Origin: Coprobacillus sp.
Lineage (GTDB): Bacteria; Bacillota_I; Bacilli_A; RFN20; CAG-826
Direction of reading: 5' to 3'
Assembly: GCA_021203905.1 (NCBI GenBank)
Contig: JAJQAG010000004.1
Location: forward strand, 129,939 to 193,938
DNA: 64,000 nt
In this document: positions 50,732 through 60,070 of the stretch, piece by piece
Numbering within the stretch: the first letter of the stretch is position 1
Layout of the letters: each line of letters starts with the position of its first letter
Program-made: the position numbers and the translations under genes
The notes under the pieces: model-generated
What the model was told of the DNA's origin: nothing
Seen by the model: the letters and a program-made list of their open reading frames with translations, nothing else
Databases searched by the model: none

Positions 50732-52123
50732 ATGCCAGAGTTACCAGAAGTCGAAACAATTCGCAATATCTTAAAATCCATTGTGATTGGAAAAACCATT
50801 TCAAACGTGGATGTTTTTCGTGAAAAAACTATTTTAAGTGATGTGAATGAATTCAAAAATAATTTAGTGGGAGCCACGATAAAAGATATAGAGAGAAAAG
50901 GGAAATTTCTCATCTTTGTTTACGACAATAATTACGCTTTACTCTCTCACCTACGCATGGAAGGAAAGTATTATCTCTTAGAGGAAGAGACACCAAATAC
51001 TAAGTATGCTAGAGTGGTCTTTCACTTTACAGATAACACCAAATTGTGCTTTGATGATTCGCGATGCTTCGGGATTATGAAATTAGCAAAAACAGCGGAA
51101 ATTTACGAAGAAAAAGAATTAAAAAGCTTAGGATTAGAGCCTTTTGAAATTTCTGATGTCGATTTTTTGATGAAACGGAATAAGAAAAGTAATAAACCCA
51201 TTAAGTCAACCTTGCTAGATCAAACTCAAATTGCTGGTCTTGGGAACATTTATGCGGATGAAGTTCTCTTCTATAGTGGTATTAACCCACTAGAAAAAGC
51301 GAAAGATATAACTAAAGATCAATGGAAAACGATTATTAAAAATGCCGTTATTATTTTAAATAACGCGATTAAAGATGGAGGCAGTACAGTGCATTCCTAT
51401 CACCCCGCTGATGGAATTGACGGCAATTTCCAAACAAAATTAAAAGCGTACGGAAAACGAGGAGAAAATTGTCCCAATTGTGGACACGAATTGTATTATA
51501 AAAAGATTAATGGACGAGGCTCTACTTATTGCCCGATGTGTCAAAAGAAGCAACACCCGCCTATCTTTGTTGGTTTAACTGGTCCTATCTCTAGCGGAAA
51601 ATCTGTTGTTCTTGAAATATTCAAGAGAGAAGGTTGCTCTGTTCTTTCATGCGATGAGGTGGTTCATGAGTTATATAAACAACCAGAGGTTATTACAAAA
51701 ATCTCCTCTATCACGGGCTTAAAATTTGGAAATGAAGTTGATAGAAATGCTTTACGAGAATACACAAACGGCAATCTTAAGGCTCTAAAACGCATTGATA
51801 ATTACATCCATCCTCTTGTGAGAAAGTATGTAAGCGAATTTCTTGATGAAGCCTGTGGTAGCGCTGTTGTGGAAGTTCCACTTCTTTTTGAAAGTCATTT
51901 CCAAGATCTATTTGATTACATTGTCGCAGTTTCTATCTCTAAAGATAGGCAGTTAAAATACCTTAGAGCGAGAGAAGAGCATTTTGAAGAAATGCTTGAA
52001 TTAAACGGAAAAGAAAACACCTTCTACACAGAGAAGGCGGATTATGTCATAAAAAATGACGGAGATTTAGAACAACTTTCGAAGGAAGTTAAGACTTTTC
52101 TTCGTAAAGTCCAGCGAGATTAG
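50732..52123 (+). CDS. mutM-coaE: formamidopyrimidine-DNA glycosylase fused in-frame to dephospho-CoA kinase
   Basis: Residues 1-~275 are Fpg (N-terminal PELPEVE, H2TH, zinc finger CPNCG..CPMCQ). They run straight into a CoaE P-loop (IFVGLTGPISSGKS) with no stop between. Confidence 0.8.
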   Translation: MPELPEVETIRNILKSIVIGKTISNVDVFREKTILSDVNEFKNNLVGATIKDIERKGKFLIFVYDNNYALLSHLRMEGKYYLLEEETPNTKYARVVFHFTDNTKLCFDDSRCFGIMKLAKTAEIYEEKELKSLGLEPFEISDVDFLMKRNKKSNKPIKSTLLDQTQIAGLGNIYADEVLFYSGINPLEKAKDITKDQWKTIIKNAVIILNNAIKDGGSTVHSYHPADGIDGNFQTKLKAYGKRGENCPNCGHELYYKKINGRGSTYCPMCQKKQHPPIFVGLTGPISSGKSVVLEIFKREGCSVLSCDEVVHELYKQPEVITKISSITGLKFGNEVDRNALREYTNGNLKALKRIDNYIHPLVRKYVSEFLDEACGSAVVEVPLLFESHFQDLFDYIVAVSISKDRQLKYLRAREEHFEEMLELNGKENTFYTEKADYVIKNDGDLEQLSKEVKTFLRKVQRD

Positions 52124-52979
52124 AAACCACAATCTCATGGTCACAATCAAGAGCAATAAGATCGACGAGATCTTTTGCTTTGTATCGAGAATCTTTACTC
52201 ACAGTAATATAGTGTTCAAATAATTCATTAAAGGAGAACTTTGAAACATAAATTGTTTCAAGTTGTCTCTCATTTCTAAACTTAATAATCTTTTTGATGA
52301 TTTGATCACGGATGTAATCATTCGCAAATTCTTCTCCAAAATTATCCAAGACGAGAAGATTACAGCGGGAGTATCTTTTAATCATCTCTTCTCTCTCTTC
52401 TTCACTAGCTTTATTCATTTCGTTAATGCGGTAGACACTATCAAGATAGCAGATTTTGTCCACTCCATCTTTAGCGATTTCATTCGTAATCGCGGTGGCT
52501 AGATATGACTTACCAGTATTCTCCGCTCCTTGAATATAAGTAGACTTACGATCAAAGTAGGCTCTTTGAATGGCATCATATCTCTTCTTAGAGGTATCAA
52601 GATTTCCGGTCTTAATATCAAGAATGTCCCACTCTTGGGGATAATCTCTAAGAATGTATCTTGTATTTAGTGTGGTTAACTTAAGGATTTGTTGGCAGGG
52701 AATAAATAGTTCTTCCACCACTCCAGAGTGAACTTTGATATTACTGGTGACAAAGCTCTCTTTCGAGCACTTTTCAATTCCAGGACATTTGGAACAAATT
52801 AAATGATCACAGACATAGTCATAAACACTGTAAATATATTCATCAAGGAGCTTCTCATCAAGATTAGCGGGTAATGGAACTTCTTTTTCGTGCTTTTTAA
52901 TAAAAGCTTTCATCGAAGCAATTTGCTTGGTGTCTCTTTTTATTCCTAATTCATCGATGTTGATATTAATCTTTTCCAT
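52089..52979 (-). CDS. dnaI: primosomal helicase loader DnaI
   Basis: 296 aa with an N-terminal zinc-binding domain and an AAA+ domain (GAENTGKSYLATAI). Confidence 0.8.
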   Translation of the reverse strand: MEKININIDELGIKRDTKQIASMKAFIKKHEKEVPLPANLDEKLLDEYIYSVYDYVCDHLICSKCPGIEKCSKESFVTSNIKVHSGVVEELFIPCQQILKLTTLNTRYILRDYPQEWDILDIKTGNLDTSKKRYDAIQRAYFDRKSTYIQGAENTGKSYLATAITNEIAKDGVDKICYLDSVYRINEMNKASEEEREEMIKRYSRCNLLVLDNFGEEFANDYIRDQIIKKIIKFRNERQLETIYVSKFSFNELFEHYITVSKDSRYKAKDLVDLIALDCDHEIVVSNLAGLYEEKS

Positions 52980-54228
52980 GGCTTATTGAGTTGATGAGAG
53001 CGTCCCAATCCTCCTTACTGATTTCATCGTCTTCTTCCTCACCTTTCTTAGAAGGAGTATGAGGAGAAGGAAGTTTAGTGGTCGTGTTATAAAGATACTC
53101 AAAAGCATCTTTTGCACAAGTGCATTTCTGTCTCTTTAGTGAGGCTCCTACCTTATCAAGGTAGGAAAACTTAAGAATGTTATTACAACGATCAAGGGTA
53201 AATTCAATTAAAGCGTTTAAGACTGAATTCGCTAAACCATACTTCATAGAAATATAGTTAATGGCTTTGATATCTGAGTCTGCGGGGGTGGTATAACCTT
53301 GTAAACGAGAGAGGTAATCAGTGGGTGAAAGGGTTTCACAAGTGTTGATCTTCTCTCCTAGTTCTGTTGTGGAGGAAACCTTATCACCACTTGATTTCTC
53401 CTTGGGAGTGTACATCACTCTATCGTGATGATAGAGAAGGATTTGACTAAGTAAGGTGTCAAAGTCCACTCTCTCACCTTTTGGTTTCTCACTATCGTAG
53501 ATCTTAAGGAAGATCTCCGCTCCTTGTTCTTCTTGAATTCCATTAAGAGTGAAGAGGGAGACAAGGCGATTGAGTTCGTCTCTTGTTAGAGCGTCTTGAT
53601 AATAGGCATAACCCCCATTCTTCTCTTTAACAAACTGGAAGAAGAGATCAACATCAAATTCAGAAACTATGTTTCTGGTACGGCGACTCTTCATCTTTTT
53701 ATTGTGGGAAGTCGTAATATCAAACATCGCACTATCAATATCCGCGATCCCAAAGGCTTCTTGGAAATTAGAGGTGATGTCATCGCCTTCATCATGACCT
53801 TCACTAAGATAATATAAAGACTTAATTCTCTCCGCTTCATCTTTTCCAAGAGAACTTTCAAAAAGAGAACTTCGATAGGGATCCACAAAGAATTGACTAG
53901 GAACGACAGGGGCTCTTAATTCATAGTGGTAGATGCTCGCTCCATTAGTGGTTTCAAGTTTTGTCTTAAGAAGTCCAATCCCTTCTAGTTTTTCTCTTGC
54001 ATCCATAAAGGTTTGAGAATTCATCTTGAGACGATTCCAAAAGTTTTCGTGAGTGGATAAGGAGAAGACTTCTTGATTTCTTGCTTCCGCCATAAAAGAA
54101 AAATATAAAGCCACGGCTTCATATCCAATAATGGGTTGATAGAGATTAACAAGAGTCTCTCGATCGTAGTCCGCAACGAGAGAACCAAATCTCACACTAA
54201 AGTAATCTTGTCCACTTACTATTACCAT
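52966..54228 (-). CDS. dnaB: replication initiation/membrane attachment protein DnaB (B. subtilis type, DnaD-like domains)
   Basis: 420 aa. The N-terminus (LYQPIIGYEAVALY) resembles Bsu DnaB; it sits upstream of dnaI. Confidence 0.75.
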   Translation of the reverse strand: MVIVSGQDYFSVRFGSLVADYDRETLVNLYQPIIGYEAVALYFSFMAEARNQEVFSLSTHENFWNRLKMNSQTFMDAREKLEGIGLLKTKLETTNGASIYHYELRAPVVPSQFFVDPYRSSLFESSLGKDEAERIKSLYYLSEGHDEGDDITSNFQEAFGIADIDSAMFDITTSHNKKMKSRRTRNIVSEFDVDLFFQFVKEKNGGYAYYQDALTRDELNRLVSLFTLNGIQEEQGAEIFLKIYDSEKPKGERVDFDTLLSQILLYHHDRVMYTPKEKSSGDKVSSTTELGEKINTCETLSPTDYLSRLQGYTTPADSDIKAINYISMKYGLANSVLNALIEFTLDRCNNILKFSYLDKVGASLKRQKCTCAKDAFEYLYNTTTKLPSPHTPSKKGEEEDDEISKEDWDALINSISHGKD

Positions 54229-54315
54229 ACCCTCTTATTATCTAGAAAAGAAAAGGACTATTCAACCAATAATGTTTACATTATTTGACGGTGGAAAACT
54301 TCTCCACCATCTAAT

Positions 54316-54373
54316 TGTGAATAAGTGTTCCACCAAATAAGGCTTTTATGAGTCCTCTTCACATTTATCCACA
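54316..54373. promoter_or_regulatory. two DnaA-box matches in the dnaB / pfkA divergent promoter region
   Basis: TGTGAATAA (reverse complement TTATTCACA) at ~54316-54324, and the exact consensus TTATCCACA at ~54365-54373. Confidence 0.4.
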
Positions 54374-54479
54374 TTTCATTTTGTGCATAACTTTTTCTCT
54401 CCCCTTTGAAATTATTTAAATAATTTACAAAAGGAGAGCGGTAATATACACTATTAGATAGTAAAGGACACGTCTAATT

Positions 54480-55439
54480 ATGGGAAAAAGAATCGCTATT
54501 TTAACTAGTGGAGGTGACGCTCCAGGAATGAATGCGGCAATCAGTGCCATTGTGAGAAAAGGCCTTGATTGTGGGCATGAAATGTTTGTGGTCTACGATG
54601 GTTTCTTAGGCCTCGTCAATGGAGATATCAAACAAGTGGATCGAAAGTTTGTCTCCGGAATCATCAATAAAGGTGGCACTGTGATTAGAACCGCCCGTTA
54701 TCCTGAGTTTGCGGATGTCAGAGTCCAAAAGAAAGCCGTTAAAGTACTTGAAGAAAATAAAATAGATGTCCTCATCGGTATTGGAGGAGATGGAACCTAC
54801 CATGGTCTTTTAGGTCTCCACAATTGTGGAGCGAAGGTGATTGGTCTTCCTGGTACTATCGATAATGATATTGCCACTAGTGATGAAACCATAGGCTTCA
54901 ACACCGCTCTCAACACCATCTGTGATGCCCTTGAGAAATTAAAAGATACTTCCTCTTCTCACTGCCGTTGTGCGGTTGTGGAAGTCATGGGTCGTTATTG
55001 TGCAGATCTTTCAATCTACGCTGCGATTGCAGAGAGTGCGGAGTGTTTAGTGTGTTATGACCACATTATGCCGGATGAAGAATTATTTGAAAGAATTAGA
55101 AAAGTTAAAGAGAGAAAGAGTCACTGCTTAGTGGTGGTTAGTGAGAACTTGCTCGATATTAATGAACTCGCGAATAAGATTGAAGAAGCGACAGGATTTG
55201 AGGCAAAACCAGAAGTTTTAGGTCGTCTCCAAAGAGGTGGAGATCCATGTCCTCAAGATCGAATCTTAGCCGCGAGACTTGGTTGCTATTCCATTGATTT
55301 AATCAACCAAGGTGTCAGTGGAGTGGTTGTCGGCACCAAGGGAACTGAAGTTGCCGCAACAGGAATTAAAGAGGGCTTCGAGCTTCCTCGTACTGATCGT
55401 ACCTCCTATTTTGAAATTGCCGATGTGCTTGGAAAATAA
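54480..55439 (+). CDS. pfkA: ATP-dependent 6-phosphofructokinase
   Basis: 319 aa (ILTSGGDAPGMNA, GGDGT). Confidence 0.95.
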   Translation: MGKRIAILTSGGDAPGMNAAISAIVRKGLDCGHEMFVVYDGFLGLVNGDIKQVDRKFVSGIINKGGTVIRTARYPEFADVRVQKKAVKVLEENKIDVLIGIGGDGTYHGLLGLHNCGAKVIGLPGTIDNDIATSDETIGFNTALNTICDALEKLKDTSSSHCRCAVVEVMGRYCADLSIYAAIAESAECLVCYDHIMPDEELFERIRKVKERKSHCLVVVSENLLDINELANKIEEATGFEAKPEVLGRLQRGGDPCPQDRILAARLGCYSIDLINQGVSGVVVGTKGTEVAATGIKEGFELPRTDRTSYFEIADVLGK

Positions 55440-56291
55440 ATGAAACAAGTAATCTCACTCGATATTGGTGGAACAAATTTACGGGCCGCTTTAGTGGATA
55501 GTGATTACCATATTCTTAATGTGGTAAGAATGCCAAATCGTTGCTATGGAGATAAGAAGAAATTCTATAGTAATGTTATTGAAATCATCCAACAACTAGA
55601 GCCAGATTTTGATGATGTCATCAATATCTCTTTAGGAGTTCCAGGAAGAGTAAGAAACGATGGTTTTATTGAAGGACTCGCTAATGTGGGAATTAGTGAT
55701 ATCAACCTGGTGAGAGTCTTAAATAGAAAGTTTCATAAAGATGTCTACATCCGTAATGATGCGGAGATGGGTCTTCTTGCGGAAGCCGTTTTAGGCGAAG
55801 GAAAAGGCTATGATGGAGTGTATTTCATCACCATTTCCACAGGAATTGGAGGCGCTTTTGCCTTTAAGGGGCACCTTAAAAACTATGGTAAAGAGATTGG
55901 TCATATCCCAGTCTTAATTGATGATAACTACTACGAGTTGGAAAAGATGTGCTCAGGAGAGGGGATTAAGAGACTTTGTAAACTATATGATTTAGATGTG
56001 AGCTCAGCGTCAGAATTCTTCTCGATGGTGAGAAGTAGTGAGAAGAAGTCTCTTGTGGTCTTTGAAAAGTGGCTTGAGATCTTCTCACGTCTCCTTCGTT
56101 ATGTTAAAAGAGTCTATAATCCAGATATCTTTACCTTTACTGGAGGAGTCTTTAAAAACAAGGATTTAATCTTTTCTAGATTAAAAGAAATGAATCCTGA
56201 CTTAAATATGGTAGAATGTTATTTTAGAGAGGACGCGGGACTTATCGGTTCTGCGGTCTACGGATTTAGTCAAATGGAGGAAGAAGAATGA
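55440..56291 (+). CDS. ROK-family sugar kinase (glucokinase-like)
   Basis: 283 aa with an N-terminal DIGGTNLR. Abuts pfkA and overlaps thrS. Confidence 0.7.
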   Translation: MKQVISLDIGGTNLRAALVDSDYHILNVVRMPNRCYGDKKKFYSNVIEIIQQLEPDFDDVINISLGVPGRVRNDGFIEGLANVGISDINLVRVLNRKFHKDVYIRNDAEMGLLAEAVLGEGKGYDGVYFITISTGIGGAFAFKGHLKNYGKEIGHIPVLIDDNYYELEKMCSGEGIKRLCKLYDLDVSSASEFFSMVRSSEKKSLVVFEKWLEIFSRLLRYVKRVYNPDIFTFTGGVFKNKDLIFSRLKEMNPDLNMVECYFREDAGLIGSAVYGFSQMEEEE

Positions 56292-58057
56292 AAATAGTCT
56301 TACACGATGGAAGTATCAAAGAAGTTGATCAAAATTCCACAGAAGCTTTTAACACTCTAAATCACTCCACCGCTCACCTCCTTGCCGAGGCTGTTTTAGC
56401 CCTATATCCTGATGCAAAACTCTCGATAGGCCCTAGTATTGAAGAGGGCTTTTATTATGATATCGATTTTGGAGACACTCCCTTTAGCGAAGATGATTTA
56501 GCCCCAATTGAAAAGAAAATGAAAGAAATATCCGCGAGAGGATATGATATTAAATACATGACTATGACCAAAGCGGCGGCTTTGGAATACTTTAAAGACA
56601 ATCCTTATAAGGTGGAACTAATCACTAATCTCAGTGATGGGGATATTACCGCTTTTAGACAAAATGATTTTATAGATCTTTGTCGAGGACCACATGTCTT
56701 AAATAGTAACTTGATTAAGCACTTTAAGCTCACCTCTGTCGCCGGAGCATACTGGAGAGGTGACAGCCACAATAAACAACTTACAAGAATCTATGGCACC
56801 AGTCATTTTAGTGAAGAGTCTCTTCAAAACTACCTCACCCTTGTAGAGGAAAGAAGGAAGAGAGATCATCGAGTTCTTGGCAAACAACTCGATTTATTTA
56901 TGCTCTCGGAATACGGTCCTGGATTCCCCTTCTGGCTTCCTAACGGAATGGTAATTCGTACAGAAATCGAGAATTTAATCAAGGAAATGCTAAGAAAATA
57001 CGATTATCAGTTAATTTCCACACCAATTGTATTAAGTAAAGAATTATGGGAGACATCAGGTCATTGGGACCACTACCAAAAGAATATGTATCTCACTCAT
57101 GTCGATGAGAGAGAGTTTGCCATTAAACCAATGAACTGTCCTGGAGCCATCCTCGTCTATAACTCCACTCTCCACTCCTATCGAGATTTACCAGTGCGAT
57201 TAGCGGAGTTAGGACTAGATCATCGTCATGAAGCGAGTGGTGCTCTCAATGGTCTTTTTAGAGCGAGAGCCTTTACCCAAGATGATGCTCATATCTTTTG
57301 CACCAGTGCCCAGCTAAGGAGTGAAATCACCCGATGTGTGAAGTTCTTTGATGAAGTCTATTCTCTCTTCCATCTTGATTACACTGTGGAATTATCCACC
57401 CGACCAGAGAAAGATTATATCGGTTCCGTGAGTGTCTGGAATAAGAGTGAAAAAATTCTTGAAGACGCCATAAAGAAAACAGGAAAACCTTATGAAATCA
57501 ATCCTGGAGATGGAGCGTTCTATGGACCAAAACTCGACTTTAAAGTGAGAGATAGCATGAATCGAGTGTGGCAATGTGGCACTATTCAACTCGATATGAA
57601 TCTCCCTCATCGTTTTGGATGTAGTTATATTGACGCCAGCGGGAATAAGGTTGAACCCATTATGATTCATAGAGCGTGCCTTGGTTCTATCGAGAGATTT
57701 ATTGGGGTGCTCATCGAGCACTTCGCTGGAGCCTTCCCCCTTTGGCTCGCACCAATCCAAATAGCAATCCTTCCCGTTAATAACGAGTTCCATTTAAGAT
57801 ACGCAAAATCACTAAAGACAAGTTTAGAGAAACTTGGTTTTAGAGTGAGTCTTGATGAGAGCGAAGAGAAGCTTGGTTATCGTATGAGAAATGCTCAGAT
57901 GAAGAAAATTCCCTACACTATCGTTATCGGAGATAACGAGGTCACAAATAAAACCTTAACTTATCGCACATATAAGGATAAAGAACAGGTCACTGTTCCC
58001 GTTGGTGATTTTAAGAAGAAGATTAAAATCGAAAGAGACCAAAGAAAACTCAATTAA
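56288..58057 (+). CDS. thrS: threonyl-tRNA synthetase (short form, reduced TGS domain)
   Basis: 589 aa with an HSTAHLL editing-domain motif and a class II core plus anticodon-binding domain. Confidence 0.93.
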   Translation: MKIVLHDGSIKEVDQNSTEAFNTLNHSTAHLLAEAVLALYPDAKLSIGPSIEEGFYYDIDFGDTPFSEDDLAPIEKKMKEISARGYDIKYMTMTKAAALEYFKDNPYKVELITNLSDGDITAFRQNDFIDLCRGPHVLNSNLIKHFKLTSVAGAYWRGDSHNKQLTRIYGTSHFSEESLQNYLTLVEERRKRDHRVLGKQLDLFMLSEYGPGFPFWLPNGMVIRTEIENLIKEMLRKYDYQLISTPIVLSKELWETSGHWDHYQKNMYLTHVDEREFAIKPMNCPGAILVYNSTLHSYRDLPVRLAELGLDHRHEASGALNGLFRARAFTQDDAHIFCTSAQLRSEITRCVKFFDEVYSLFHLDYTVELSTRPEKDYIGSVSVWNKSEKILEDAIKKTGKPYEINPGDGAFYGPKLDFKVRDSMNRVWQCGTIQLDMNLPHRFGCSYIDASGNKVEPIMIHRACLGSIERFIGVLIEHFAGAFPLWLAPIQIAILPVNNEFHLRYAKSLKTSLEKLGFRVSLDESEEKLGYRMRNAQMKKIPYTIVIGDNEVTNKTLTYRTYKDKEQVTVPVGDFKKKIKIERDQRKLN

Positions 58058-58083
58058 CATCACTTTCAAAGTGGGAGGAAAGA

Positions 58084-60000
58084 ATGCTTCAACAGATTAC
58101 TCTCTCTTGTCTATTACTTATCGGAAACATGGCGGGTCTCACTGCCTCTTTTTTTACAAATGATGACGAAATGTATAGAGAAGGGTGTTGCCTTATTGAT
58201 GCACCGTATGCGAGTTGCCTTGATAATGAAAGAGAGATTACGGGGGTTGATGAAACATACATTCTCACTGTAAGTGAAGAGGTTAACTCTCTTACCTATC
58301 GAGGAGAGGTGACACTCCTCGAGTATACGATTAAAGAGGGAACAGAAGTTACATGCCTCTTGACTGATTTTATTGATTTAGGAAATATCATCTTTGATTT
58401 TTATCATGATGAAGAGTACATCGCTTCCTACGCTTTGTACTTTGCTAGAGATGACGAAGGGGCCTTTTATTCAAGCGGGAGAAGCCTTGACTGTGCAAAA
58501 TCTCTCGCGGGTCAAGAACTCGGTTATGTTTTTCTTGCGAGTGAAGAAGAGCCAGAAGAAGAGTTAGAAAGCGAGACTTCAAGTGGTCACCGAACCCATG
58601 GAAAGATCTATGGCTACTTTAAGTGGATGGACGATGATGAACAGATTCATCCACTTGTGGGAGCAAAAGTAAAATTAAAAGTAAGAGGAAGCTTCTATAG
58701 TGAAACAACCTATACAGATGATAATGGTTACTACTGTTTTGAGTATAGTAATGTTTTCTACTATGGCTCAGGAATGGCAACAGTTACCTTAAGTTTAGAG
58801 AATGATCTTATTAAAGTTAAAAACTCAAATGTCTATGCCTATAAATACAAACTACAAAAAAGAGATGTTACCTATGAACTATCACAAACCTTCTCCCCTG
58901 AACAAGATGGTGATTTTGGAAAGGCGGCATCAATCTTTCAAGGATTCTATTGCTTTTCCAAAGTAGCGAAAGAATTTGACTACAAGAATAAATTATCTAA
59001 GATTTCCATTATTTATCCTTCTAGTCGGGTGATGTTAATGTCGTTCATGTGGGGAGAAAGAAAAATCGAGGTGGCCAACTATATAGAGAAAAGTGGCTAC
59101 CCAAAAGCCTATGCCTCGTGGGATTCATTTGGGCATGAATATGCTCATTTTGTATGCGCTCGCTACGGATTCTTTTCTTGGTCATCTTCTAATATAGCCC
59201 ACAACAGCATCATAAATCGTATTGAATTGATTATCTTAAATGATGGTGACTCCGCGAGAAAAGCAAAAAGAGTCTCCACTCGTTTGGCGTTTAATGAAGC
59301 CTGGGCCGCCACTTGGTCGGTATTAATTCAACAGTACTTTGATGATGAATGGAAAAGTGTCGCCACAGTGGGAGATAGTTGCTATACCAACTCTTCGGGA
59401 GTAGATGATGATTTTGATGACTATGACACTGACCACCCCGAAAGATATGGGGATAGTGAGGAGTTAGCTCTCTCTAAGATTCTCTATAAACTCGCCACTT
59501 TTGAAACCGATGAATATGATAAATTTTCCCTGGGATTTGAAGAGTTTTGGAGAATTTCTTACGAAAATAAGACAAAGTCTCTCTATGATTTTATCGATGC
59601 GATGTATGAGCAAGGATATAGTAAGAGTGATCTTGGACTTTTACTTGGTCAATTTAATGTCACCCCAAATAAAATCCAAATCACTAATTACTATTTAGAT
59701 ACCTGCCCTACATTAACTTGGTCAGCTTATATGGGAACAGCATACTTTAACTATAATCGTTTTGATATCTATTTCCTTGATGACAATGGAAACGAGATCC
59801 TAAAAAAGAAAGTCAAATCACATGGAGAAGTTACTTGTTCCTACACCTTAAAAGAAGAGGATTGGCAATTAATTCTCGATTCATGTCAAGAGTGCTTCTC
59901 TATCAATATGGTGGTGTGGCAAACAACTTATCGAGATACTGGGGGTTATTATACAGAAACCTTTAGTTATGATCTACCCACTCAATACTATTATCAATAA
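58084..60000 (+). CDS. secreted HExxH-motif protein with a CarboxypepD_reg-like beta-sandwich (putative zinc metallopeptidase), paralog 1
   Basis: 638 aa with a signal-peptide-like N-terminus, VGAKVKLKVRGSFYSETTYTDDNGYYCFEY and HEYAH. Confidence 0.5.
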   Translation: MLQQITLSCLLLIGNMAGLTASFFTNDDEMYREGCCLIDAPYASCLDNEREITGVDETYILTVSEEVNSLTYRGEVTLLEYTIKEGTEVTCLLTDFIDLGNIIFDFYHDEEYIASYALYFARDDEGAFYSSGRSLDCAKSLAGQELGYVFLASEEEPEEELESETSSGHRTHGKIYGYFKWMDDDEQIHPLVGAKVKLKVRGSFYSETTYTDDNGYYCFEYSNVFYYGSGMATVTLSLENDLIKVKNSNVYAYKYKLQKRDVTYELSQTFSPEQDGDFGKAASIFQGFYCFSKVAKEFDYKNKLSKISIIYPSSRVMLMSFMWGERKIEVANYIEKSGYPKAYASWDSFGHEYAHFVCARYGFFSWSSSNIAHNSIINRIELIILNDGDSARKAKRVSTRLAFNEAWAATWSVLIQQYFDDEWKSVATVGDSCYTNSSGVDDDFDDYDTDHPERYGDSEELALSKILYKLATFETDEYDKFSLGFEEFWRISYENKTKSLYDFIDAMYEQGYSKSDLGLLLGQFNVTPNKIQITNYYLDTCPTLTWSAYMGTAYFNYNRFDIYFLDDNGNEILKKKVKSHGEVTCSYTLKEEDWQLILDSCQECFSINMVVWQTTYRDTGGYYTETFSYDLPTQYYYQ

Positions 60001-60070
60001 CCAATATTGCGAACAATATTGTTGAATATAATCTCTATAATTTTAGATAATATAAAGAGGAGTTATACGA

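Noticed and set aside
58084-58160. Lipobox in the N-termini of the HExxH paralogs (..TLSC / ..LSC)
   Set aside because: The Cys sits before the hydrophobic core, not after it, so it is not a canonical lipoprotein signal. I called it a generic signal peptide or anchor.
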